Below, in pieces: positions 38,310 to 52,134 of a stretch of 64,000 nucleotides of DNA. The position numbers were made by a program, and so were the translations under genes. The DNA comes from Mobula hypostoma. Its lineage: Eukaryota. How positions within the stretch are numbered: position 1 is the first letter of the stretch; each line of letters begins with the position of its first letter. The notes below the pieces were generated by a model. That model did no database searches, was not told where the DNA came from, and worked only from the letters and a program-made list of their open reading frames with translations. The stretch spans positions 38,442,001 to 38,506,000 of the forward strand of contig NC_086097.1 of the NCBI RefSeq assembly GCF_963921235.1, in the 5' to 3' direction.

Positions 38310-38960
38310 GATACATCGGCAATTAAAGACCCATTAGTGGCTGAAGCGACGACCGCTTCACTAGCCCGTCGCGAAGATGACCCCGAAATTGCGAGCGAGC
38401 CTCGCCGCCGTGAAACTTTCTCACAGGCGGGGTGGAGGCCGCGCTAACCGCTGGCTGTGAACGAAGCCACTGTCCTTTAACCGAACGCACCGTGAGTGCG
38501 GTTCCCGGTCAGGCCTTGAGCCGCTCCGCTACCAGTCTCCCGTCACCGACACAAGCAGGACCCGGGCCTATGATCGCCAGGTACAGCTTTGTGCTTCCCC
38601 CGCAGCCCGGCTGAGACACTTACTCTGATCTTACGGCTGATTTCAGTTCCTATTTCCATTCCGGATCATTAATCGACGAACACTCCTTGTTCATGTATCG
38701 CCAGCTCCCAGTCACTACCTCAGAAACGGCGCACCAACCGCGTCCCCTGGGAAGGACGGAACAGCATGTAGGTCAAACTTAACCCTTGCTATTAGATTGG
38801 ATTGCGCTCAATTAAAATTTCGAAATATAGCAATGTTGCGCGAATAAATAAAGACATTTCAATTTGGATCAATTCGACAAATACCAAATGAAGAAACTAA
38901 AAATGCAGGTAATGTAAAATGTTACCTATGTACGTCATTTCTGGAATAATATAGCGCAGA
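38310..38960 (-). promoter_or_regulatory. ZC3H14: CpG-rich promoter / first-exon region of ZC3H14
   Basis: Non-repeat, CpG-dense stretch surrounding exon 1. Candidate minus-strand CCAAT (ATTGG 38796-38800), CRE-like TACGTCA (38931-38937) and TCGCGA (~38369). TSS not determinable. Confidence 0.7.
38624..38659 (-). CDS. ZC3H14: ZC3H14 coding exon 1 (MEIGTEISRKIR), start of the N-terminal PWI-like domain
   Basis: Minus strand reads ATG GAA ATA GGA ACT GAA ATC AGC CGT AAG ATC AGA|gtaagt, matching the known vertebrate ZC3H14 N-terminus. Strong Kozak context (ggaATGG) in a CpG-rich region. Confidence 0.95.
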
Positions 38961-39571
38961 AACTGGAATTCCGAAATAAACAATAAATACTGGAAATAGT
39001 CAGCAGGTCAGATAGCATCTGCAGAGAAACAACATTAACGTTTCAGATATGAGATTTTGAATCAGTGGAGGAACTAAGAATGATGTGGTTGAAAGATGGA
39101 CAAGGAGATTTGGATCTGCCATTATTGTATTGAATGCCAGAGGAAGGTCGGGGGCCCAAATTGCCTCATTTTGTGCATTTGCCTTATTCTCTTTGTTAAG
39201 GGGAAAAAAAGGGCTTTTATGCCCTGTGTTGTACTCAGCCGCTATTATATACCCATTTGCCACCTTTCCATCACCCTTGCATAGTAATGTGCTTTTTGCT
39301 TTCCTAGTTACTTATTGTCCCTAAAATTCAGTCACTGGAACACCCAGATGAAGTGTACCTCACAATGTAGCTACAACTTTTGTCCCCTTTCTAATTGGGC
39401 AACTGAACATTTTCTGAAACAATACTTAATTGCTCACCTTTGCCAACTCATTCAACCCACCTATATCAATTTATAGCTTCTTTGTGTCCTCTTCATAAGT
39501 TGCTCCAGTCTTTGAGCTCATTTTGATTGTAAATGGAATAATCATATACTTAAGTTAATCTAGATGTACAT

Positions 39572-42500
39572 AGATCAGAACATACAAATCTACAGCACAT
39601 TACAAGCCCTTCAGTGCCAACCATGTAACCTACTCTAGAACCTGCCTTGAATTTCCCTACCACATAGCCCTCTATTTTTCTAAGCTCCATGTACCTACAG
39701 TATCTAAGAATCACTTAAAAGACCCTATTGTATTCATCTCTATCACTATCATTGGCAGTGCATTCCACACACCCACCACTCTCTGTATGGAAAAATTTAC
39801 CCCCGACATCCCCTTTGTACCTACTTCCAAGCACCTTAAAGTTATGCTCCCTCGTGTTAGCCATTCCAGCCCTAGGAAAAAGCCTCTGACTATCCACACG
39901 ATCAATGCCTCTCATTATCTTATACACCTCTATCAGGTCACCTCTCATCCTCTGTCGCTCCAAGGAGAAAAAGCCAAGTTCACTCAACCTATTTTCGTAA
40001 GGCAGTGGTCCCCAAGCACCAGGCCGCAGACCGGTACCGGGTCACAAAGCATGTGCTACCGGGCCGCGAGGAAATGATATGATTTGGTGACGTGAACGTG
40101 TTGCCGACTTGTCAGTTGGCGCTTTCTTGCCCAGACTCTTGGCAGCAGAAATATTGCCAAATGTAACTGACCAAAAAACATTTTTCTTAAAGGAAAATGT
40201 TTTAGAAAAAGGATGGTATGTAATTTTCGTGCAGATAATCTTAGCATGTAAAAAAGCCAGGAAAAAGCAAAAAAAAACCAAATGAATTTTCTGCCACCAA
40301 AAGCATTAGAAAAAAGCCAGATTTCTGGGATTTGCCACCGGAAAAGTCAATCTGGTAATGCTGCACCTTTCCTCATTCCCTGTCACACACGCCCACTGTT
40401 GAACTTGAACACACGCAAGGTCATTACGCACACGTCATCCATGTCAGCATAGGAAGAAGATCAACTCCTCCAGCTTGCAAATGATGGCCGGCTGAAAAGT
40501 ATGTTTGACATAACATCTCTGCCGGCATTCTGGAACAAAGTCAAGGCTAAATATCCTGAGATATCCACAAAAGCACTGAAAATGTTGCTTCCATTTCCAA
40601 CATCATATCTCTGCAATGCATATCTCTGCAATGAATGCAACGAAAACTAAATTGCAGAATAGACTGGACATAAGGAACCGCCTTCGAGTATCGCTGTCTC
40701 CCATCACCCCTGATGGGACCGTCTTGTTTACGGGAAACAAGCCCAGGGCTTCCACTGATTCAGCGATACTGGTGTGTTGCAAAGATTTTATATGTTCATA
40801 CGGGGAAAATATGCACTGTGTGTTTAATATTAAATTCGTTAGATAAACCCTTTTAGAAATGAAATTGAGTGTATTAGCTACTTATAAGTGACTTATAGTT
40901 GACTATATTCCGGTCCTGATTAACAGCCACCACCCCACCCCCCTCGGCCGGTCCGCAAGAATATTGTCAATATTAAACCGGTCCATGGTGCAAAAATGGT
41001 TAGGGACCCCTGTCATAAGGAATGCTCTCCAATCCAGGCAACACCCTTGTAAGTCACTTCTGCACTCTCTCTATAATATCCACATCCTTCCCATGGTGAG
41101 GTGACCAGAACTGAACACAGTGCTCCAAGTGGGGTCTGACCAGGGTCCTGTATAGCTGTAACATTACCTCTCAGCTCTTAAACTCAGTCCCATGAAGGCC
41201 AGCACACAATGCACCTTCTTAACGACACTGTCAACCTGTGCAGCCTGTGACCCTACAACAATTGTTATTTTGTATCTGCTACTTCTCAGCCCAGTTCTGC
41301 ATCCTGTCAATGTCCCGCTGTAAACTCTGACAGCCCTCCAGGCTATCCACAACACATCCAACCTTTGTGTCATCAGCAAACTTACTAACCCAACCTTCTA
41401 CTTCCTCATCCAGGTCATTTATAAAATTCGCAAAGTGGAGGGGTCCTGGAACAGATCCCTGAGGCACACCACTGGTCACCGACCTCCATGCATAATACAA
41501 ACCATCTACAGCCACCCTTTGCCTTCTGTGGGCAAGCCAATTCTCGATCCATAAAGCAAGGTCTCCTTGGATGCCCAATTACTTTCTGAATGAGCCTCAC
41601 ATGGGGAACCTTATCAAATGCTTTACTGAAATCCATACTACATCCACTGCTCTACCTTCATCAATGTACTTTGTTACATCCTCAAAGAATTCAATCAGGC
41701 TCGTAAGGCACGATCTGCCCTTGACAAAGCCATGCTGACTATCCGTAGTCAGATTATGTCTCTCCAAATGCTTATAAATCCTGTCTCTTAGGATCTTCTC
41801 CAACAACTTGCCCACCACTGAAGTAAGATTCACTGTTCTATAATTTCCTGGGTTATCTCTACTCCCTTTCTTGAACAAGAGAACAACATTTGCAACCTTC
41901 TAAACCTCTGATACTCTCCCGTCCCTATTGATGATGCGAAGATCATTGGCAAAGACTCGGCAATCTCTTCCCTCGCTTCCCACAGTAGCCTGGAGTATAT
42001 CTCATCTGGTCCCAGTGACTTATCTAACTTAATGCCTTCCAAAAGTTCCAGCACATCCTCTTTCTTAATGTCTATATGCTCAAGCGTTTCCGTCTGCCAC
42101 AGTCGCCAAGATCCTTTTCAGTGGTGAATACTGAAGCAAAGTATTCATTAAGTACCTCTGCTTCCCCCTCCAGCTGCATGCAAATGTTTCTACTCTCACT
42201 CCTAATTGGTCCTATTCTCACACAGCTCATCCTCCTGCTCTTCACATACTTGTAGAATGCCTTGGGGTTTTCCTTAATCCTGCTTGCCAAGGCCTTCTCA
42301 TGGCCCCTTTTAGCTCTTCTAATTTCATTCTTGAGCTCCTTCCTGGCACCTTTGTAATTTTATAGAGCTCTAACAGTACCTGGTTTCTTGAACCTTTCGT
42401 AAGCTTTTCTTTTTTTCTGAACTAGATTTTCTACATCCTTTGTATACCCTACCATCCTTTCCCTACCTCAATGGAACATACCACAGAACACCGTGCATAT

Positions 42501-43510
42501 GTTCCCTGAACATTTGCCACATTTCTGCTGTGCATTTCCCTGAGAACATCTGCTCCCAATTTATGTTCCCAAGTTCCTGCCAAATAGCTTCATATTCAAC
42601 GTTCCCAAATTGTCTGCTTCTGTCCCTCTCCAGCTGTATGGTAAAGGAGACAAGGTTGTGATCACTACATCCAAAATGCACTCCCACTGAGAGATCTGAT
42701 ACCTGATCAGGTTCTTTTCCCAATACCAAATCAAGTACAGCCTCTCCTCTACTTAGCTTATCGACATATTGTGTCAAGAAATCTTCCTGAACACACCTAA
42801 CAAACTCTACCCCATCCAAAACCCCTTGCTCTAAGGAGATGCCAGTCAATATTAGAAAAATTAAAACTGCCCATCACAACGACCCTATTATTATTGCATC
42901 GTTCCAGAATCTGCCTCCCTATCTGCTCCTTGATGTCTCTGTTACTATTGTGGGGGGGGGGTCTATAAAAAAACACCCAGTGGAGTTATTGCCCCTTCCT
43001 GTTTCTGACTTGACTCATTAGACAATCCCTCTCTGACTTTCTCCTTTTCTGCAGCTGTGACACTATCTCTGATCAACAATGCCATGCCCCCCCACCTCTT
43101 TTGCCTCCCTCCCTGTCCTTTTTGAAACATCTAAAGCCCGCCATTCCTGCGCCTGAGACATCCAAGTCTCTGTAATTGCCATCACATTCCACGTATTGAT
43201 CCACTCTCTAAGTTCATCCGCCTTGTTTATGATACTCCTTGCATTAAAATAGACACATCTCAAACCATCTGGCTGAATGCATCTTTGCTCTTTCATCTGT
43301 TTATCCTTCCTCACAAACTGCCTACAAGCTCTCTCCACTTGTGCACCAGCCACCCCATCCTCTGTCTCTTCACTTCGGTTCCCACCCCCACTGCAAATCT
43401 AGTATAAACCTTCCCCAATAGCATTAGCAACCCTCCCTCCCAGCATATTGTTCTCCTCCAGTTCAGGTGCAACCCATCCCACTTGAACAGGTCACCCCTT
43501 CCCCAGAAGA
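39572..43510 (-). mobile_element. Long CR1 LINE (end of esterase-type ORF1, APE and RT of ORF2), disrupted, with a hAT insertion
   Basis: DGLHLNWR near 43470, CVYFNARSIINKADEL, AITETW, SGVPQGSV, SKFADDTK. Confidence 0.9.
40003..41012 (+). mobile_element. hAT-Charlie deletion derivative with transposase C-terminal dimerisation remnant and an inner MITE (~40097-40363)
   Basis: TIRs CAGTGGTCCCC / GGGACCCCTG; 8-bp TSD TCGTAAGG / TCATAAGG; FWNKVKAKYPEISTKALKMLLPFPTSYLC…KTKLQNRLD. Same family as 12454-13116, opposite orientation. Confidence 0.88.
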
Positions 43511-43962
43511 ATATATTAACATTTCTACAGCATTAAATCAGCTATTGCAAATCCTTATGAGTGCAAGGAGATAGATGATGTTAACAAATATAGAGAATAT
43601 GTGAATTACCATATTTATTAACAGCCATAGTGGTGCAGAAGTTGGCGGTGTTGCCTATGAGCTCTGGGGATTTGATTTCAATCCTGAACACAGCCATCCC
43701 AAAAATATGCTGTTAGGTTCATTGGCTACTGTCTATTTTGTGTAAATAGATGGCAAAAGAATCAATGGGAATAGACATGAAAGGGAAAATAAAGTAACTG
43801 AAGAGCAACAATTGTCATTTTGTAACGTGTTTAAAATCTCTTTTAAACATTGCAAATTTAAGTTACTTAGAAATATGACAGAGGAATTTGTAGATTAAAT
43901 TTAAAACGTGTTGTAGAACACTAAATATACATTGTAATTTTGAACAGAACAATAAAAAAAAT

Positions 43963-44600
43963 TTTAGATTATGAAGACACGCAGTCCTCTTTTATTGTCA
44001 TTTAGTAATGCATGCATTAAGAAATGATACAATATTTCCTCCGGTGTGATATCACAAAACACAGGACAGACCAAGACTGAAAAAACTAACAAAACCACAT
44101 AATTTTAACATATAGTTACAACAGTGTAACAATACCATAACTTGATGAAGAAGTCCATGAGCACAGTAAAAAGTTCAAAGTCTCTCAAATGTCCCACATC
44201 TCATGCAGACGGGAGAAGGAAGAAAAACTCTCCCTGCCATACCCGACCACAGTCCGACTCTGAGTCATCCGAAAACTTCGAGCCTCCGATCAGCTCTCCG
44301 ACACCGAGTACTGAGCGCCATCTCTGTCCGAACGATTCGACCTCAATCTCGGTCGCCAACAGTAGGCAAAGCTGGGGATTTTGAGGCCTTCCCTCCGGAA
44401 GATTCCCGACCGCGCGGTAACAACAGCAGCGAACTGGCGTTTCAGAAATTTCTCCAGATGTTCCTCTGTGCTTTCACGTCTGTCTCCATCAAATCAGAAT
44501 TGTCCACGGCCCCTATTGATGAATGATAATGGATACGATATCATTTTTCACTGGAGGGCTGCGCACGCACAGCGCACTGCTCTCTCTCCTCCCGCCATCT
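43963..44600 (-). mobile_element. Unclassified ~640 bp non-autonomous retroposon (copy 2)
   Basis: Homologous to 18617-19256. Confidence 0.7.
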
Positions 44601-44659
44601 AACTAGAACTAGAACTAAGAATGTGGCTATAATCACAGTTACAAATCTCACTCAGTACC

Positions 44660-45815
44660 TCTAGATAGGTGATTATGAACTGTCAAGATACCTGTATGCA
44701 GAGGTGCAATGAAAATCTTACTTGCAGCGGCATCAAAGGTATGTAGCATCTTATCAGCAGCGTTCATAGAAAATCATAATTTAGATGATACATAATTTTA
44801 CAAGAAATCACAATTAGAACAAAAAGCAAAGTGGTCATAGTGTTATTAAACTACGATCAGGGTTTCCCTGGTTGGTTCAAGAACCAAATGGTTAATGGGA
44901 AGTCGCTGCTCTTGAAGCCGGAGGTGTAGGACTTCAGGCTCCTGCCTGATAGTAGCTGCGATAAGATGACATGGCCTGGAAGATGTGGGTCTCTGATGAT
45001 GGTACTATCGTCTTGAGGTAGCACTTTCTGTAGATACCACCAACGGTGGGGAAGGAAGTACCCATGATATGTTTGAGCAGAGTCCACGACACTTTGCAAC
45101 CTCTTTGCATTCAAAGAACCATATCAGATCATGATGCAACATCAGAATACTTTCAATAGTAAGTATAGAGAAGTTTGTTAGTGTCTGAAAACAAGCTGAA
45201 ACTCCTTGGGAAGATGATGCCATGCTTTCCTAACAACTGAATCTATGTGCTGGGCCCAGGATAAATCATCTGCTATGTTAATGCTGAGAAACTTAAAGCT
45301 GCTGATCCCTATTTTTTTAATCCTCTTTCCCTTACTGAAGTCAACAATCAGTTCTTTTGTTTTGCTGACATTGAGTAAGCGATTGTTTTTATAGTACAAC
45401 TCAGCCAGATGAACTTCCTGACTCTCGTAAGTTGACCCACCATCGCCTGTGATTTGTCCAACACAGTACTGTCGTTGGTGGATTTGAAGATGGTACTGGA
45501 GTTGTAATTAGCCACATGGTCATATGTAAGGAGTAGAATGGGTGTTAAGCAGTCAGCCTTAAGGTGCACCTGTGTTGATGGACAGTGAAGTGAAGATGTT
45601 GTTATCAATCCTCACTGCTTGAGGTCTGCCGCTGTATCCAGTTGCAGAGAGAGTTAAGAGATCCAGATCTTGAAGCTTGCTGCTGAGATTGAACGGAATG
45701 ATTGCGTTGTACACCAGGCTGGAGTGAGTGAACAGCAGCCTGACGTGTGTGCTCCTGTCACGCAGGTGGTGCAGAGCTGAGTGAAAATCCAGAGAAATCA
45801 CATCTGCTGTTGTCC
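44660..45815 (-). mobile_element. Decayed Rex1/Babar LINE
   Basis: VRLLF..SS, INTGAP, LNVSKTKELIVDF, FKFLSINI motifs. Confidence 0.75.
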
Positions 45816-46649
45816 TTCACTGTGCGAACAAGTATTATAATAAAAATATTCTTTGTGAAGTGTTATTTTCCCTGTTAAATTATTAACTGATGAATAGAAG
45901 TGCTGTATTATGTGCATTAGATTTTACAATTTTAGCTGTTAAATGTATGACCCAGATTTTGCAGCAATTAATGGTTTAATACCTATACTAGAGAATCCAC
46001 TTTATAACCTTTGCTAGGTTAGATATAAAGTCAACAAACCCATTTACAGGAGGAGATTATAATGCTGTGGGGTAGATTACTATTTCATTGCTATTGATTT
46101 TATATATTTAAAATATCATAACACTAGTTTACTGTTAATAGTTAGTTGACATTTGAGAATGCTGAAAGCCTTTCGCAGTTGGGCATAGGGCTTTTGAGAG
46201 CATCCCTTGTTCTAGTCTGCTTATGTCAGCACACCTCAATGTTTCAAGCCCAGCTATTACTCAGGACCTCACCCATACCGAACTGGAACAGAGTAGCCAG
46301 TGAGATTGTTTCTCCAGTTCAGACAAAGGTTGGGTCCCAGGAAAAGAAATGCATGTGGTAGGGCTTGTGGAGTGAAAATAGGAGCTACTCAAAATACTGT
46401 CAAGTTCCTTAGAATGCATTCTAACTGCTGCATTCTAACCCATTTCTCTATATAGCATGAAGTCAATTCAATTGGCAAGAAGAACTTTTACTGAAAATTT
46501 AATTTTTTAGTGCTGTATTTAGCACTCATATGCTGAATAATTCATCATCAATGAGGGAAGTACACTTACAGCCTCTTTCTCCTTGGCTGTTAGTTGTTCA
46601 TGGCAGGTTTACAGGATGACAGAGAGCTGCTTTTGCTGTGAAGCATGTA

Positions 46650-47140
46650 CTGTAGTCCTCAGTGAGGAACCAGCAGTGGTAAAGGTGAACAACTTCAAGA
46701 TCCTGGGTGTCAACAGCTCAGAAGGATCTACCCTGGGCCAAACATATTGATGCAATTACAAAGCCATGCCAGTGGCTAAACTTCATATGGAATTTGAGGA
46801 GATTTGGTATGTCACCAAAGAATCCAGCACATCTCTACAGATGTAATGATGGAGAGCATTCTGACTGGTATGGAGGTGCCAATACATGGGGTTGAAAGAG
46901 GCTGCTAAGGGTTGTAGACTCAAGAATGGGCACAAACCTCCCCATCACTGAGGTCTTCAAAAGGTGGTGCCTCTCGAAGGCAGTATCCAATATTAAGAAT
47001 CCTCAACACCCAGGACATGTCTTCTTCTCAATACAGGATCCTGAAGACCCAGCATTTTAGAAACGGCCTCTTTCCCCTCTGCCATCAGATTTTTGAATGC
47101 TCCATGAATATTACCTCACTATTCCTCTTTTGTTCTATTT
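46650..47140 (+). mobile_element. Decayed Rex1/Babar LINE 3' fragment
   Basis: LRRFGMSPK…LYRC motif and tail. Confidence 0.65.
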
Positions 47141-49599
47141 AACTTCAAGTTTATTGACATAGGCGTACATAAATGCCGTGAAAATTTACTTTTTGCAGCA
47201 GCTGTGCAGTACAATATAAGCTAACACAAACTTAACAATACATTAACAAACACAAGTAAAAGAATAATGAGTTATACATGACTTATACAACCTAAACAAA
47301 TCAACATTATACATGTATAAAATATAGATATGACAAAATTAGTGTATGTGGGCTTGGGGGGGGGGGGTTGGTTTGCAGTGGGATATTGTCAGAGGTAGTG
47401 TTAGTGACCTGCTGAGTGTGTCCGGCAATTTCCATTTTTATTTCAGATTTGCATCATCTGCAGGTTTTTAACTTTCAAATATGTTTCACTTGTTGGCACT
47501 GTTGTAACAATGCAACCAAATTTGTGCACAGTAAGATTCAATTTTTTCTTCTTGCACTGTACACTGTCACAACACAAACTTCACGTCATTGATAATAAAC
47601 CTAATTCAAATCCTGTGTTGTGGCTCGGTGGACACGCCATTTAAGGTATGCCAACTGTTGTTGTTGGAATAGCTTCCAGTATTCTTAATGTTGTTCTGAC
47701 TGGATTATAATAATAAGATTTGTTGAGCCAGATTATGTCAAAATACAATATTACTGGTCCACAGTGCTTTATAGATATACCATTGTGCAATACTGAATTA
47801 TGATTGGTGTTGGGCATTTGAATCTCCCACTGAGACACATTATTTGCCCTTGCTGCGTTTAATACTTTTCCAGCTGAAGTTCAGCCAGGTAGAGTACAAT
47901 ATTGCTTCTTAAGCTAAGTGAGGATAACAGAGGACCTCTTTGAATAGAATTTACACAAGGATTGTAATGGAATCTATATTAGTTGAAAGGTATAACTCCT
48001 TAAGTATGATTTTTATACTTGATTAGTCTATGGAATAGCATTCACAATTTAGGTACCAATCCCCAGATGTCTGAGAATGGATAATGCAAGATTGGCTCAG
48101 TGCTGAGAGTCTAGGTTATTAATCAATTAATTTAAATTTCACAGTAGCCATGGTGAGATTTCAACCTACATCTTCAGATCACAAGTCCAAATCTTTGGCC
48201 TACTGGACCAGTACCTTTACAACTTTCACTGCCCAGAGCAAAGCCTCTGTTTTTCATAATGCCGATTTCCAGTGCTGGAACTTGCACAGCTAGGCGCCTT
48301 TCAACAATTAATTAAAATCAAGAAAACTGCTTGCAACGTCTGTGCATCACACAACTAAGTTTATGGAAATGGAATTCAAATGTAAGTTGTAATCATTGCA
48401 TATTACTGTAAATAGTCAGACACCTTTTAACATTGACGTAGCAGATGCAGAGGACTCGTTTAAAAAAAAATCACTGCATGGGAGTACGTTGAATGGAATT
48501 GTTGCATTGTGCACAAAATATGATCATAGTGCAATGTGGCCCAATTCTTCACCGTGGTGGCTAAAATCAGGTACAATTTACCCCTGAAGAGAGTTACTCT
48601 TTAACTAAATCCTGAAACCTATAAAGTCAAGACTAAGAGACAAGCACTCAATAAGAATTTCAATGCTAATTTAACAGGCACCTAATCACGAGTACTACAG
48701 AGCTGGAAATTCTGTTTCCTACCCTTCATGACTGAAAAAATATCAATTGGCTATTAAATACACTTTTTACATTTATCTACATTTTTGCCTACAAAACTGT
48801 AGAGCACAGGAACTGCCACCTAATGTCCGAACTAACCATGATGCCAGTCTAAACTAAGCCCATCTGTCTGCATGAGATCCATATTCCTTTATTTCCTGCT
48901 TGCTTAAATGTCTATCTAAATGCTTCTTAAATATTGCTGACAAATCTGCTTCTACTATTTACCATGGCAATACAGTCCAGCCACACACTGTGAAAAAGAA
49001 CATCTCCCTCTTACGTCAGGTTGTATATTGTATATTCTCTGATTATAATGGAACTATTGAACTTTAAACCTATGTCCTCTCATGTCTGATATGTCCATTC
49101 CAGGAAAAAGACTAACCACCCAATAATTTTCTGAAGTGCATTTTCAACGGTAAAGACTGATAAATTGACATAAAGGTTGACAGGTCTAATGCTGGAGTGC
49201 TTAAGATGGTGGGAGTAGGGGGAAGTGACAGGCAAGTTTTTTTTCGTTAGAGATGAGTAGCTGAAATGCTGTGTCGGGGTGGTGGTGGAGGAAGAGTCAC
49301 TTAAAAAGCTGTTAGATAGGCACAGAATATGTACTTAATAAAGGGATATGGACCATATAGATAGAATATCTGAATTAGTTTGGCACAACATTATAAAAAA
49401 GAAAGGATTTTTTAACAAACAATGCTTTCTTTTCTTGATTCAACAACTTAATTTAACTCTGAGCACTTAATACAAAATAGTGTTAATAAACATAATAAAA
49501 TGAGTGTAAAATAAAGGTTTGAGAATTCTCTCCCCTTCTCTCATTTCATTTTGGGCCTTGTGGCGTGCCACCAATGCTTTCTGGAAATCTAAGTACATT

Positions 49600-49730
49600 A
49601 CAAACAAGATCTGCGGATGCTAGAAATCCAAGCAATGCAAATAAAATGCTGGAGGAATTCAGCAGGCCAGGCAGCATCTATGGAAAAAAGTACAGTCGAC
49701 AGTTTGGGCTGAAACCCTTCAGCAGGACTC
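49600..49730 (-). mobile_element. Short PLE-terminal insertion beginning at the hammerhead motif
   Basis: Same ~130 nt unit as 62011-62149; possible degraded TSD aagtacatta / aaatacacta. Confidence 0.75.
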
Positions 49731-49931
49731 CAAATACACTATACCCTTTTATTCTTTTTTTAAAAATTTGTCCTGTTTGATACATTCTTCATATTTGTCA
49801 AACATGATTTCACTTTCATAAAACCACCATTGCCTCTACTTGATTGTCTTACAATTATTTTTAAAATATTGCTGATATTTCTTTCTTCATTTTGGATTTC
49901 CTTTGAAAAATATTAGGTGAACAGGCCTATA

Positions 49932-51617
49932 GGCTGGGAATATCAATAACTGTGGTGCTTCTCTTCCTGACGAACTTAACGTATTCTACGCAAGATTCGA
50001 ACAGCAGAGGAGCGTCTCGCTCCCTCCGGACGAGCTGGACCTGGTGCCATCGAGATTCATCGTCACCAAGGAGGATGTTAGAAGGGCCTTCCTGAAGATA
50101 AATCCAAGGAAGGCGATGGGCCCAGATGGTGTCCCAGGATGGGTTCTCAGGGCCTGTGCAAGCGAGCCAGCTGGAGTGTTTGCTGACATCTTCAACTATT
50201 CCTTGCTTCAGTCTAAGATCCCCTCGTGTTTTAAGAAGGCAACGATAATCCCAGTGCCAAAGAAGAGCAAGGTGACATGCCTGAATAACTATCGACCTGT
50301 GGCTCTGACATCAATTGCTATGAAGTGCTTCAAGAGATTGGTTATGGCACACATCAACCACAGCCTACTGGTCAACCTCGACGCTTTGCAATTCGCCTAC
50401 CAGAGCAACAGGTCAACGGCAGATGCCATCTCTCTGGCCCTACATTCCTCCTTAGAACATCTGGAGAATAAAGACGCATACGTAAGGCTCCTTTTCATTG
50501 ACTACAGCTCTGCCTTTAATAACATCATTCCAAATATACTGATTCCTAAGCTCCAGAACCTGGGCCTTAGCACTCAGATCTGCAGCTGGATCTTCAACTT
50601 CCTCACAGACAGGATCCAGGCTGTAAAAATAGGGGACAAGCTCTCCTCTACAATCACTCTGAGCACTGGTGCCCCACAAGGCTGTGTACTCAGCTCCCTG
50701 CTGTACTCACTGTACACCCATGATTGTGTAGCCAAGTTTATCTCGGGTAATGATGAGTTTGAGTACAGAGAGGAAATTAAGAACCTGGTGGCATGGTGCG
50801 AAGACAGTAATCTATCCCTCAACGTCAACAAGACGAAGGAATTGGTTGTTGACTACAGAAGGAGTAGTGGACCACACGACCCAATTTACATCGATGGTGC
50901 GCAAGTGGAACAGGCCAAAAGCTTTAAGTCCTCGGGGTCAATATCACAAATGACCTGACTTGGTCCAATCAAACAGAGTTCATTGCCAAGAAGGCCCACC
51001 AGCGCCTTTACTTCCTGAGAAAACTAAAGAAATTTGGCCTGTCCCCTAAAACCCTCACTAATTTTTATAGATGCACCGTAGAAAGCATTCTTCTAGGGTG
51101 CATCACAACCTGGTATGGAAGTTGTCCTGTCCAAGACCGAAAGAAGCTGCAGAAGATCGTGGACATGGCGCAGCACATCACACAAACCAATCTTCCGTCC
51201 TTGGACTCGCTTTACACCACATGCTGTCGGAGCAGTGCTGCCAGGATAATCAAGGACACGACCCACCCACTTTTGTCCCTCTTCCCTCTGGGAGAAGGGT
51301 CAGGAGCTTGAAGACTCGTATGGCCAGGTTTGGGAACAGATTCTTTCCAACTGTGATAAGACTGATGAACGGATCCTGACCCGGATCTGGGCTGTACCTT
51401 CCAAATATCTGGACCTGCCTCTTGGTTGTTTTACACTGCCTCACTTTCCATTTTTCTATTTTCTTTTTTGATTTATAATTTAAATTTTTAATATTTACTA
51501 ATTTTTACTATTTTTAATATTTAATATTTGTAATCCAGGGAGCGGGAAGCGCAGAATCAAATATTGCTGTGATGATTGTACGTTCTAGTATCCATTGTTT
51601 GGTGACAATAAAGTATA
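49932..51617 (+). mobile_element. Relatively young Rex1/Babar LINE (RT)
   Basis: 304-aa ORF 50044..50958 ([35 protein letters not shown]), with the FADD motif region deleted. Confidence 0.9.
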
Positions 51618-51843
51618 TAGTTTACTATTATATCCTTTCTCGAATTGTGGCGTTACCTTTACAGACACTCGATCCTATGGGACAGCTCAAATTCAGGAAA
51701 TTGTAGTAGCTTACAATCAATGTTACCATTATCTCTGCACTCATTTCCTTCAAGACTGCAGGAAGCTGACCAACAGATCTATAGGACTTGACTGCCTTTT
51801 TCCTCAATTTATCCAATACCTGTCCCCTGGGTCTTTATTTATA

Positions 51844-52134
51844 CGCTCAGGGGCCACTTTAGTAGATTTCTCTTGTACCAAAAAGTAGCCACTTAAGTGT
51901 GTGTTCATGGTCACCTGCTGCCGTAGCCCATCCACTTCAAGGTTTGATGTTTTGTATATTCAGAGGGGTTCTTCTGCACACCAATGTTTTAATGTGTTGT
52001 ATTTGAGTTACTGTCTCCTTCCTGTCAGCTTGAACCAGTCTGGCCTTTCTCCTCTGACCTCTCATTAACATGATTGGTTGATTAGAAGATATTAGCATTA
52101 ACATGTGGGTGTACCTAATAAATTGGCCAGAGTG
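51844..52134. mobile_element. Tc1-type MITE
   Basis: TA|CGCTCAGGGGCCACTTTAGTAG … CTAATAAATTGGCCAGAGTG|TA imperfect TIRs. Confidence 0.65.
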
